Source of the DNA: Octopus vulgaris | Lineage: Eukaryota | Reading direction: 5' to 3' | DNA length: 64,000 nt | Assembly: GCA_951406725.2 (NCBI GenBank) | Contig: OX597830.1 | Location: forward strand, 27,032,001-27,096,000 | In this document: positions 13,042 to 24,839 of the stretch, piece by piece | Layout: each line of letters starts with the position of its first letter | How positions within the stretch are numbered: position 1 is the stretch's first letter | Program-made: the position numbers and the translations under genes | Notes under the pieces: model-generated | Databases searched by the model: none | Told to the model about the DNA's origin: nothing | The model's input: the letters and a program-made list of their open reading frames with translations, nothing else

Positions 13042-15901
13042 TCATTTAAAATATTTTAAAGTCTTCAATTTAGCGTGGACACAAACTTGACCTAGTTCGA
13101 TATGGTTATTCAATAGGTTTCTATGTTTTCTATGCTTTAGAATTTCATATGTCTCCATGGAGCATAGTTGGCAACCAACCCTACTATTTTTATACGGAAT
13201 TGCTCTCCTAACTATTTCCCAATTAAGGTTATAATTTTTATTATTATTTTTGAGTTCCCAGATTTTGTTTGAAAGTGTGGTGGTACCAGCTTTATGACGT
13301 AATTTAAAAGTCGAGATGTGATTTCTAACTCTAGCTAAAAAATTAATTGTACATCCAATGTAATAATATTTGTTATTCTCCGTGGATATGGTACATTTAT
13401 AGATTACATTATTTTCTCCACATAGACCAGGTGCCGGGCATTTTGATTTTATTCTACACTTACACACAGGAGGAACACCTTCAGGCTTTGGATTATTCTT
13501 GGGTAGATGTTTTAGGTTCCTATTATTTTGATTATCATTTCTATAGTTGGTGCTGATATCTAAAGTATTGCTATTATTTCTTGATCCTTCTGTTTCATTA
13601 TTTAGATCTAAAGTCCTACCATGATTTCTTATATTATTGGTAATGTTAATATTATTGCTAGTCTTTTTATCCGACTGCATATTGTTGTTATAGATATCAC
13701 TAATACTTTCATTCTCCTTATTTTCTCTATTTTCCCTATTTCTATTATTTCTATTATTAACATTATTACTTCTACTAATATCGGCATTGCTATTATTACT
13801 ATTAATGTTAATGTTATTAGTCATTCCGTGGTTACTAATTTCACCTATGTTTTGATAGTTACTATTGCTGTTTTTATTGTTGGTAGTATTATTACAATTG
13901 CTATTGGTATTCATGCTGATATTATTATTATTATTATTATTATTATTTATATTTCTATCTTTCCTGGCTAGTTTAATGTTGTTATTATTAATCTTAGCTA
14001 TTAAAGTGGACATATTTGGGAGGGTTGAATAAGAAATCCTAACTGTTTTCCTAGAAATAATTCTATGATATCTATGAGAGATAGGGAAATTTTTTCCAGA
14101 ATCACTTTGAATTTGTTCTGTATATCCGATTGTATCGCACAGTTGAAAGGAATATTCAGCCATAATATATCTTTTTTATTAAATTTAGGGTTCGTAGAAT
14201 TATTACTATTCATCTCACCGGAGTTATTGTATTTATTACCATTATTTTTATTTTTATTTGTGTGCATCTTAGGTTTATCTACTTCAATACTATCCGAGTT
14301 ACCTATGTTCTGGTCAATGTTTCTATTTGAATTGTTGGGCCTGTACGCTAGATTAGCGTTTACCGTTAGTTTAATTCTACTTTTATTTCGGGCTTGGACT
14401 TTATTGCTGCTTACGTGATTATTGATAACTTCATTATTAGGAATACGTGAGTTCCCCTTATCAACGAATGTAATCTTTTGGTTGTATCCAGCCTTAGTTA
14501 ACGCCGCATTATAATGCTCAGAATGGGAGTTAAAAATATCCTTATTGGATGATAATTTTGAAATTCTTAATGAAATATTTCTTACTAAAGATTCTATAAT
14601 ATTTGGGGGATGATTTGATAATTTATTTACGTAATTCGTGATTTCACCTTCCTTTCTAAATGGGTAATGTAGTTTGGAGTTAAGGTCTAGCGTAGTATCT
14701 AGGAAATTAACTATTTTAGTGCCCGGTTCATACGTTATACTGAGGTTGAAATCCCTAAAGAACTTATTAATTTTCTTTCTAATCCTTTCTATAACAGATT
14801 TATTATTACTAGGGATAACAAACAGAGCATCATCCCTATATAGACCCCCCTGTAATTCTGGGATATCCTTGCTTATGCATTTTAATAGATATGCGCCTAC
14901 TAGGTTGGTTACCTCAGCCGAATCACTGGAACCCATTGGTATATCAAAAAAATTTGGTGTATCTGCTCTAGTCCATAATTTATCTTCAAATTCTATAAAT
15001 GTCTTCCTAGCTAGTAGCACAATATTGATTTCTTCTCTAGATATGAGGGAGCGATTCATGGCAAATATTAGTGATTTGTTGAGTAAGATAGGGGAAATGC
15101 TAGAGTAATAACTATTAATATCGAACTGAATAAAGGACAGACTACTAGTATTAGTTAGAGAGTTAAACCATTTTAGAACTTCATCGGTACTTAGCCATAG
15201 GTTTAAGGGGAGAAGAGGGGTTATTTGGGGTAGAACAGTATCCAAGATAGATTTACTAAGTCGGCCAATGTCCGACCTAGTTGGACAGATCAGCCTTACC
15301 GAAGGGTTTTCCAAGAAGTTCTTTTTGTGGTCTTTAAGGTTGATCCTGGGCTCACACGGTTTAAGTGGCTCCGTTCTATCCGTTAAATTTAGCTTTTCCA
15401 TGATCTCTTTCATTTCCATGTTTACTTTTTCAAATTAATCCTAGTCGTAATTTTATATTTGGAGTTTAGTTCTTTCCTAATTAATTTGCTATAAATATCG
15501 TAATCAACTCTATACATATTACCCGTTTTATCTGCTGGTACTAGGATTCCATGTTTGCACCGGGTTGACTGAATAAAGTTCCTAAGGTGTCTAAGGTGAG
15601 GGTTATACCTTAACGGGTGTTCCTTGAAGCTAATATCATCTATAAGATTCAGCAAGTCTTTCTCAAAATTCTCCAGGAATGGGTTCTGAGGTGGGCTTTT
15701 TCTACTTTTAAAAATTCTTCTAAAATTCATTTCGGTATTCCTTTCCTGTGGTTTCTTCTTCTGTTTGACATCAAAATGGTACGTTTTCCACCTGATTCTT
15801 CTGATGAAATCGTTAATCCTATGAATGAGAAGCCAATTATATTCATCTATACTATGTAAGGGGATGTCTTTAGGGGAGAACTCAATGTTTACTTTTTCCA
15901 T
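13042..15901 (-). pseudogene. Penelope-like RT / GIY-YIG ORF split by two frameshifts (~15430 and ~14095)
   Basis: ATG 15901 MEKVNIEF..RRIRWK..ADKTGN; DHKKNF..RLICPTRSDIG; QFDINSYYSSI; MGSSDSAEVTNLVG; GLYRDDAL; VNFLDTTL; CKCR..CP..GLC..NVIYKC..YYIGCT..R..NH; CQLC..E; LLN..C.H. Confidence 0.9.
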
Positions 15902-16104
15902 TCTTGTTGAGAAATTAAGTACCAGAAAAACATACAGACTGTATGGGAATATATTCAAAAAGCAATAAAGATTCAAGTTAATTTAAATGAATTTACTTGA
16001 ATATGGTACCTAACTTAGATGCACCAAAAAAAACTATACTGATTTAACAATACAGTAATGTGGGGTGATTATAAGCGAGAATGAAGCAACAAGAATGGAT
16101 AGGT

Positions 16105-16195
16105 TTTTAGTACAATCGTTTCATACAAGGACAGGTTTTATTAAAAGTTGCAAAAATTACAGCATATAAACGTGTCCCGTACTCATCAGCTAAAA
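16105..16195 (-). ncRNA. Type I hammerhead ribozyme (pseudo-LTR copy 2)
   Basis: Same sequence as 11444-11534. Confidence 0.8.
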
Positions 16196-16638
16196 TACAT
16201 GTGAGTTCTCTAGACATCCTAGTGGTTGAGGCTATACTCATGAAGTAATGTAGATAATTAAGTAACATAAACATAAACAGATTTCAAAAGTTCATTAAAG
16301 TTCTTTAAAGATGATGTACAGTCTTATCACAGAATTTTAAAAAAGTCTTAATAGCATCACAGAGAAGGTGACCTTGTAATTAACAATGGATAAATTTGTC
16401 TTCTGTGAGTATGTAATCCCTCATCATATCTCTGGAAATTCATATGTGCACTATGGATTAGGTCACCTTCTCTGTGATGCTATTAAGACTTTTTTAAAAT
16501 TCTGTGATAAGACTGTACATCATCTTTAAAGAACTTTAATGAACTTTTAAAATCTGTTTATGTTTATGTTACTTAATTATCTACATTACTTCATGAGTAT
16601 AGCCTCAACCACTAGGATGTCTAGAGAACTCACATGTA

Positions 16639-16729
16639 TTTTAGCTGATGAGTACGGGACACGTTTATATGCTGTAATTTTTGCAACTTTTAATAAAACC
16701 TGTCCTTGTATGAAACGATTGTACTAAAA
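16639..16729 (+). ncRNA. Type I hammerhead ribozyme (inverted pseudo-LTR copy)
   Basis: CTGATGA 16645-16651, GAAA 16712-16715, GTA cleavage triplet 16721-16723, stem I ttttag/ctaaaa. Confidence 0.8.
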
Positions 16730-16758
16730 ACCTATCCATTCTTGTTGCTTCATTCTCG

Positions 16759-17027
16759 TATATATATATATATATATATATATATAATGCATGCACATAT
16801 ATATAATGCATGCACACGCATGCATTATATATATGTAGGTTATGTATGTGTGTGAGTGTTGTGTGTGTGTGTGTGTGTGCACGTTGTGTGTGTGTGTGCA
16901 CGTGTGTATATATATGTGTGTGTGTGTGTGTGTGCACTGTGTGCGTGTGTGTGTATGTGTGTGTGTGTGCGCGCGCTGTGTGTGTGTATGCACGTGTGTA
17001 TATATATGTGTGTGTGTGTGTGTGCAC

Positions 17028-17069
<42 letters not shown>

Positions 17070-17110
17070 CATTGTGTACGTGTGTATGTATTTACATGTG
17101 TATTTGTTTT

Positions 17111-17145
<35 letters not shown>

Positions 17146-18153
17146 TGTGTGTGTATATGCATGGTATGTATATGTGAGTACATTGTTTGTGTGTGTGTGT
17201 GCGGTATGTAGAGATATATTTGAGTGTGTACGCTATAGGTTTGTAATTTGTGTGTGTGGGTGTGTGTGTGTGAATTTTTTATATATATATATGTGTGTGT
17301 ATGTGTGTGAAAAAATATATGTATGTGCATGTATGTATGTATGTACATGTTTATATATATATATATATATGTACATATATGTGTGTGTGTTTATGTGTGT
17401 GTGTGTATATTTATTTGCATGTTTATGTGTGTATAAACATGTGCATTATTTGCATGCGCATTGTGTATATGTATATTGTATGTATGTGTATTGTATATGT
17501 ATGTGTACAATTAAGTGGATATATGTGTGTGTATGTGTGCATCGTATATATGTATGTTGTAGGTGTGCTATATATGCATGAATGCATGTATATGCATTGC
17601 GTGTATATATATGTATGCATTGTGTATGTATGTTATGTGTGTGTGTGTTTATATATATTATATGTATGCGTACGTGTATGTGTATGCATTGTATGTATGT
17701 ATGTTGTGTGTATATATGGTATATCTATGTATGTGTATGTAAACACTATTTATATGTATACATGTATATATGTATATGCATTGTCTATATATATATATAT
17801 TATATGTATGTATTGCGTACGTATATTGCATGCATATATTGTGTATGTGTATTATATACGTGCTGTATGTGTGTATTGTATGTGTATATATATGCTAGGT
17901 GTATTTGTGTGATATTTATATTATGTATGTATGTGTGCGTGTTGTGTGTGTGTGTGTGTGTGTGTGTGTTGTGTGTGTATGTGTGTTATATATGTGCGTA
18001 TATTATATATAAATACATGTTATATTTGTGTGCTGTGTGTATATATTATATATGTGGGTGCGTTGTGTATGTGTGTGTGTGTGTTCTGTGTGTGTGTGTG
18101 TGCTGTGTGTATGTGGTGTGTGTTTGTATACTATGTGTGTGTATGTGTGTTGT

Positions 18154-18184
<31 letters not shown>

Positions 18185-18190
18185 GTGTGA
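16759..18190. repeat. Long degenerate (TG)/(TA) low-complexity tract
   Basis: Mixed TA/TG/TGCA dinucleotide repeats over about 1.4 kb. Confidence 0.9.
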
Positions 18191-19095
18191 CAAACAGACG
18201 CTATCTGACCAGCAGGCAAGGACACATCTATTCACACCCACATACTAACCTCCTGATAACCCCAAAACCATTGATGCTTGAAGGGGAAGTATACACCACA
18301 CTGGGTACATATCTTTTTTTCTCTCAATTCAACCGTTCTGCTTAAACAAACAGGTCAGTAAAAACGTATTCTCGCCTTCAACTTAAAATATTCTGAGATG
18401 TATAAAAAATCCATTTTAATTTTTGCTGGCAAAAGACTGTATATATATACCAAAGATTGTATATATATACATGTAATGTGACAATTTGCGACAACCAATA
18501 ATTAACGCAACCAAATTTCCAATAATATATTTGTTTTATCCTTTTCTGACAATCTTTTACAAAAGAGTGAAACCGGTTAAGTAAATAAACATCGTTTAAA
18601 TTGCATTTTCAAACCTTTTTTCTTATATATATATATATATATATATCAACATCAAACAAATTGAGAATAGTCTTAGTTGAATGCTGGTCCAAATAGGTGA
18701 CTCAGTGAAATTAGAAACGTTGAATTTCTATAATACAATTATATAATATACAGTCATATAATATAATGTAATATAATGTTATATATGCACGCACACATGC
18801 ACACACATACATAAACACACCCGTATGTATGTCATATTTAAACACACACACACATACACAAACACACACATAGATCCTTTCTATGCTTTCCTTTGAAATT
18901 TAGTTAAATTCTTAGAATTCGAAATGCTTCATACACCATGACAAGGTTATTCCTTTGTCAGAAACCACGCAGTCGAGTGTTTTGTGAATTAGTGAGTGTG
19001 CTAATTTGTTGGTGTGTATGTATGTATGCATGCATGATTTTGTTATAGGGTGTGAGATTTTACAATACTATAAATAATAATAATGGTATTTACAG

Positions 19096-19167
<72 letters not shown>

Positions 19168-19586
19168 CGTGTGTGTATACTAGCTTAAGGTGATCCGCTC
19201 TAGCGCGGGTAAGGGTGTGGTTGTTACTTTCTGTTGCTTCCTTTCTGCTTTTTATCACCACATTCTCCCTTTGTTTCTCTCCCCTTTCTCTCTCTCTTTC
19301 CCACTCTCTCACTCTTCATTTCTCTCGGATTCTCCTTCGCTTTCTCTTATTCTCTATCTTTCTCTATCTCTCTCTCTCCCATTTATAAACAACAAAAGAT
19401 CTTGAGTAAGTTGAGAAAGAAAATATTTTGAAAGATCAATCATAAATATCAGGCAGTGACAACGGAAAGATCTGCTTCAAGGTAGACAGCAAGCATTAAC
19501 ATTTAAAAGGGACAGACGAACTTGCGAGCTGAATAAGAATATAAAAATATTGGAAACCAAAGTTTGAAGGGATAGAATCTGAGGAT

Positions 19587-19882
19587 AGTAGAGTCACCAT
19601 GACTGGCATTTCTTAACCACGGACAGCCATGTAGTGGCAGTTTAACGGCTGGCATTTCTTAACCACGGACAGCCATGTAGTGGCAGTGTAACGGCTGGCG
19701 TAAAATTTTGAACTTGATGTAAAATAAAATTCCTAAACACCAAGTTTTGAAGTGATTCTTTCTCACGACAGTAGACTCACTATGGCAAGCATTCAAAACT
19801 TCTTCATCATGGACGGCAACACATTGACGATTTAAAGGCTGGCGCAAATTTTTTTACCTTGATGTAACAGAGAATTCCTAAT
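19587..19882. repeat. Local tandem duplications (46 bp unit x2 inside a larger degenerate repeat)
   Basis: ctggcatttcttaaccacggacagccatgtagtggcagt(t/g)taacgg starts at 19603 and 19649; ggctggcg..cttgatgtaa..aattcctaa recurs at ~19693 and ~19837. Confidence 0.8.
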
Positions 19883-20118
19883 CACCCGCTCCTGCAAATT
19901 TTAATCCCCTTCAAGCCCCATTTAGACCTCTTTTCACATTTTGGTTAATATAACCCGATTTCATTCGGGTCTACTCGGGCCACATTTTATAAGATGAGGA
20001 ATTTTGTCCTAGAGGTCACGCCTTTCATTTGAGGAAAAAAATAGTTCCCATGCAAACTCGCCAGCACTTTTAACATAGGTGTGCATATTTTCAGCTCAAC
20101 CGACCACATAATGCACAC

Positions 20119-20170
<52 letters not shown>

Positions 20171-20368
20171 CATTAAATATATATATGTACATATATACGC
20201 ATTATATATACAAATGTATATATACATTATAAATACATATTTATATATAAAACACACAGACACACACATATATAAATTAACCCAATAAATATCTGATTCA
20301 TAATATTTGTTCTCATGATTGAGTGGTGCTTGTGGTGATAATAATTCTCTCTATGAATGCAGACAGAC

Positions 20369-20407
<39 letters not shown>

Positions 20408-21365
20408 GAGAGAGAGTGAGAGGATGTGGAAGAAAGAGTGAAGGCGGCGGGGGAAAGATAGTAGATACTGTCAAACGACGTTATAGAGAGAAAGTGATGG
20501 AGAGGGAGGAAAGAGAGAGAGACGGAGGAAGATAGATACATAAAAGAATGAGAGAAGACTTGTCAAAATGTGCGTTTTTTGCCCTAGTAACCACACCTTA
20601 CTTCTCTGTCTTTCGCAAGCCGATTTTTCACATGCGTTCTAACTAATTTTTCCACCGTCTAGGCCTAAAAAAGCCCTTATTGTTGGTTCCCTGTCCTGTT
20701 ATTCCTTATTTGTACTGTTTTGTCTACTGTTTTTTCTTCATTTGTATTGCCTTTACGTCCTGTTCTTGTCACTTGTTTTACCCCTCTGCAAAAGAATTTT
20801 ATTTAATTCCTTTTGCAGGAAGGATTGTTTCGGTCTGGCCGTGTTCTGCCCTTACCTTCGAAACACGCATTGAGTCGAACCAGGGGCAGCTGATGAAGAG
20901 GAATTTCCCTTGTATTGTTTGTCCTGTACTCTGTTTTTTCGTTGTTAAAAAAAGTCCGTTTCCTTGTTTGATTTTATGTTTTCGTTTCTCGTTGTGTTCT
21001 ACGTTTATTTGTGGTGTCCTGTACTCATATATATATATATATGCTTGTATATATATATATATATGCTTGTATATATACATATAAATGTAAGTATGTACAT
21101 ATATGTATGTATATATGCATATATTTTATTTATTTATTATATTGTTATTATATGACCGAACGCACGCGTCGTTTCTCTTCAAGTAAGTTTTTATATATAT
21201 ATATACATACATACATATATATATATTTGTATATATATATAAAATTTATAAGTTTAAATTATCTAAATAATTTTTTTTAAATTTTATATTTTTAAATTAA
21301 TTTTACGTATTGTCTTATGTTCTTCCCTGTTTGATTTGCCTAATAGTGGTTTTATCGCTAATTTA

Positions 21366-21418
<53 letters not shown>

Positions 21419-21729
21419 TCATACAACTAAACGTTCACTGAAGAGTTAAGTGCACCAATTACAGGTGTGTAGGAACATCCATACATACGCCTACACGAAT
21501 ACAGATATTAACACGTTCACATATTCTCTCTTTGTTAGTCATTCGCTGCATTTCTATAAATAGAGCAGATGAGGATGATAGACTTTAAGAGGCACCAACC
21601 GAAGAAATGGTGCGACTCTTAGAAGAATCTGAATAAAAATGTTAAGTATCTAAGATATTATGTGCCAATGTAACTAACTTATACTAGCATTGCACGTTTG
21701 ATATTTATATTAAGACTAGGTGCAGACAT

Positions 21730-21881
21730 ACCTGTATAGCAACAAGTTAGTTTCTCAACCACATAGTTCGGGGTTCAGTTCCCCTGAGTTGCACCTTGGG
21801 AATGTGTTTTCTACTATGGCATCGGGCAGGCCAAAGCCTTGTGAGTGGATTTGGTAGGTGGAAACTGGAAGAAGCCCATCG

Positions 21882-21930
<49 letters not shown>

Positions 21931-22130
21931 ACGTGTATACCCCATGCCGACTGACAACCGGTGCTTGTGTTTTTACTTCCCCGTTGCATAGCGGTACGGT
22001 AGAACAGACCGATAGAATAATTACCAGGCTTTTTAAAAAAAAAATATAACTAGTTTCGACACATTCAACTAAGTATTCTTCAAGGCGCTGCTCCAGCATG
22101 GCCGCAGTCAAATGACTGAAACAAGAGAGC
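21730..22130 (+). mobile_element. SINE family A (diverged copy)
   Basis: Homology to 56421-56884. Confidence 0.8.
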
Positions 22131-22136
22131 AAGAAA

Positions 22137-22330
22137 GGTAAGCTGGAAGAATCGTTAACATGCCGGACAAAATGCTTAACGTTATTTCGTCCGTCTTTGT
22201 GTCCTGAATTCAAATGCGGCTGAGGTCAGCTTTGAAACGCACATCCTTTCATCCTGCTCTGTTGAGCACCGAGGTTGACATGGTCGACTTACCCCGCCCT
22301 AAATATTGCTGGCTTTGTGCCAAAAGCTGA
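22137..22330 (+). mobile_element. SINE family C (diverged copy)
   Basis: agctggaagaatcgttaacatgccggacaaaatgcttaac..aattcaaat..ctttcatcc. Confidence 0.7.
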
Positions 22331-22367
22331 AATCAATATACATCTTTGTGTGTATGTGTGTGCGTGC

Positions 22368-22430
<63 letters not shown>

Positions 22431-22693
22431 TGTGTGTGTGTTTGTGTGTGTGTGTGAGTGCGTGGTCTTGAAGCTGTCATCTCAGATCAAGTTCGATTTT
22501 CACTCTTCCGATTAATTGACTGGATACCTTAGTGCTGGTTGCTGTTTGGAACTTCTCACCTGTACCTATCTACCTATATACATGCATATATGCATACTCA
22601 TAGACTTGTGAGATGATTGGATAGACGGAAGCCGAAAGAAGTCTGTGTATGCATGCATACATACATACACACATACATACATACATACATACA

Positions 22694-22728
<35 letters not shown>

Positions 22729-22737
22729 GTATGTATG

Positions 22738-22826
<89 letters not shown>

Positions 22827-22859
22827 ATATGTTACATTTACTCAATAGTCAAGATAAAA

Positions 22860-24760
22860 CTCTGAGTTTCAGATGCCGAAGTGGAAATCCACAACACCAT
22901 CTCTTCGGTTATCTGGCCATCTGAAAAAGTGGCTTGAAGTTGGTAACAATTAATTGGAAAATGCTGTATGGTAAACAGGAAATTGACCACGTGGCGGACA
23001 GGAATTAAACTAGAAATCGGTAATGTTGTTTGGGGAGGGATGTAGGAAGGAACGGCATGTGCAAGTATAAAGTTCTATGAATGTAACTCCCAATAAATTG
23101 GTTGAGTGCCCTTCTTTCTTTTGTCCATTCTGTCGTACAATTGCTCCAAACTCTGTTGAGCGCCATTCATAAAGGTTTGACTAACAGTTTGCAATGGAGT
23201 ATCAACCATTACCATACTCGTTGAGGAATAGCCAAATACCTCCAAGGAAAATCTCCTTGGCGCGATTTACGGAGAAGACGGAAAGGGTCATCAAACACAG
23301 ACGCTGGAAGGCTTTCTTCTACGAGAATCCATCCACGGATAAATTCGGCTTCGACTCCCGAAAGTGCCCTCCACGTATGAAAAACCTCGAGAACTTTGAG
23401 ACTGACCTATGGAACATTGTAAAGAAGGTAGGGTTTCGGTATTATTCTAACCCCTTCCTTAAATCCCTAAAGGACTATATGACAGCTTGAAACAATCATC
23501 CAACATACCCACCCTCGCAGACAAAACAAAGAATATTTACGAAATAAACACTTCCACACACTCAAGACTTCTTACAAGTGCCATCACCAAAACATTCAAG
23601 AAAATCCGTAATTCCATATACAATGACATAAATACATAAGCAAAAGAGCTAGCCACTCGCCTTAATATAGAGGATCGCGTGGACTGCCTCACCACGCGAT
23701 TAACCCCCTTCCCACACACACATTACACTTAGGGACCATAAGCCTAACTTCCACGGCAATCCCACATCCAGGCTGATCAGCCCCTCTAAAAGCGAGATGG
23801 GTATTATTGGCAAACGTATTCTCGATACTATCAACTCCGATATCAGAAGAGCCACAGAGTTGACCCAAAGGAACTCCAGCGCAGCCGTGGTCAGCTGGTT
23901 CTACGGTATCGAGAATAAATCAACCTGTAGATTCTCCCAGTTCGACATTGTCGACTTCTAACCTTCCATATCTAAGCCCCTCCTACTGAAGGCCCTATCT
24001 TTTGCTGAGAAATACACCAGCATTAGTGACCTTAACATCAGAATTATCATGAATGCCAGAAAGTCAACTCTGGCCCACAACAATTCCTCCTGGGTGAAAA
24101 ATGAAGGTGTCCCATTGTTCGACGTCTCTATGGAGAGCTTTGACGGGGCTGAAATCGTCGATCTCGTCGGGTTATACATCTTCGATACTTTCAAGAGATG
24201 TACCCATCCACATAGATCGGCCCTCTATAGGGACGACGACCTGGCTATCTTAAGCCATATGAACGGGCACGCCATGGAGAAGTTCAAGAAGGACTTCATA
24301 AAAATATTTATGGAGTTCTGCCTGCCCATAACGGTTGCCATCAACGCTCGATTTCTTGGACTTAACCTTAGACCTTAGTATGGGAGAGTAATGCCCGCAC
24401 AGGAAACCTAACGAGGATACAGTATACATCCACAAGAGATCAAACCATCCCCCGCTGTAATTAGAAACCTGTTTCCAGGCATTAGTAAACTACTATCAAA
24501 TATCTCGGCCTATAGAGAGGTCTTTAATAGTACCGCCCCCTACTACAACGATGTTTTGCCTAGGAGCGGGTTTTTTGAGAAGCTCACGTATGTGGACAAA
24601 CCCCAAACACCCTCTTCCCATTCCTAAAGGATTAGAAGGAGAATTACATGCTATAACCTTCCCTTTCAACCTAGAAGTTTCTACCAACGTAGCTAGGGAC
24701 CTCTTGTCGTTAAGAAACATTTCCACATAGGCCATAATATTCTCGTATCTTCCATCTTGC
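22860..24760 (+). mobile_element. Degraded Penelope-like (Naiad-type) element, N-terminus + RT
   Basis: KHRRWKAFFYE..SRKCPP..FETDL; ADKTKNIY; DHKPNFHGNPTSRLISPSKSEMG; QFDIVDF; FDVSMESFDGAEIVDLVGLYI; LYRDDDLAI; contains stops and frameshifts. Confidence 0.85.
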
Positions 24761-24839
24761 GTCTTTCATTTCCCATATACATAACGAACACTGTGAAAGT
24801 GATCATGTCTTAGTAGAAAGCTACCAGACATAAACCATT

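Larger units (their letters stand above)
11295..16758 (-). mobile_element. Near-complete, young Penelope-like retroelement (Naiad-type: RT + C-terminal GIY-YIG) with tandem and inverted pseudo-LTRs, inserted in (TA)n
   Basis: Direct repeats 11295-11713 / 15956-16374 (419 bp, no differences seen). Inverted copy of 11415-11799 at 16374-16758 (one substitution seen). RT and GIY-YIG ORFs lie between; (TA)n on both sides. Confidence 0.93.

Noticed and set aside
14085-15440. Programmed ribosomal frameshifts at the two ORF breaks
   Set aside because: No in-frame X XXY YYZ heptamer; PLEs normally have a single ORF, so indels or consensus errors are more likely.
16759-18190. Cryptic coding or patterned information in the scrambled TG/TA tract
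   Set aside because: No periodicity or motif beyond dinucleotide repeats; consistent with decayed microsatellite or low-quality consensus.
19603-19699. CRISPR-like array (also the ~30 bp repeat at 41308-41372)
   Set aside because: Only two tandem units, no unique spacers, no cas genes, eukaryotic context.
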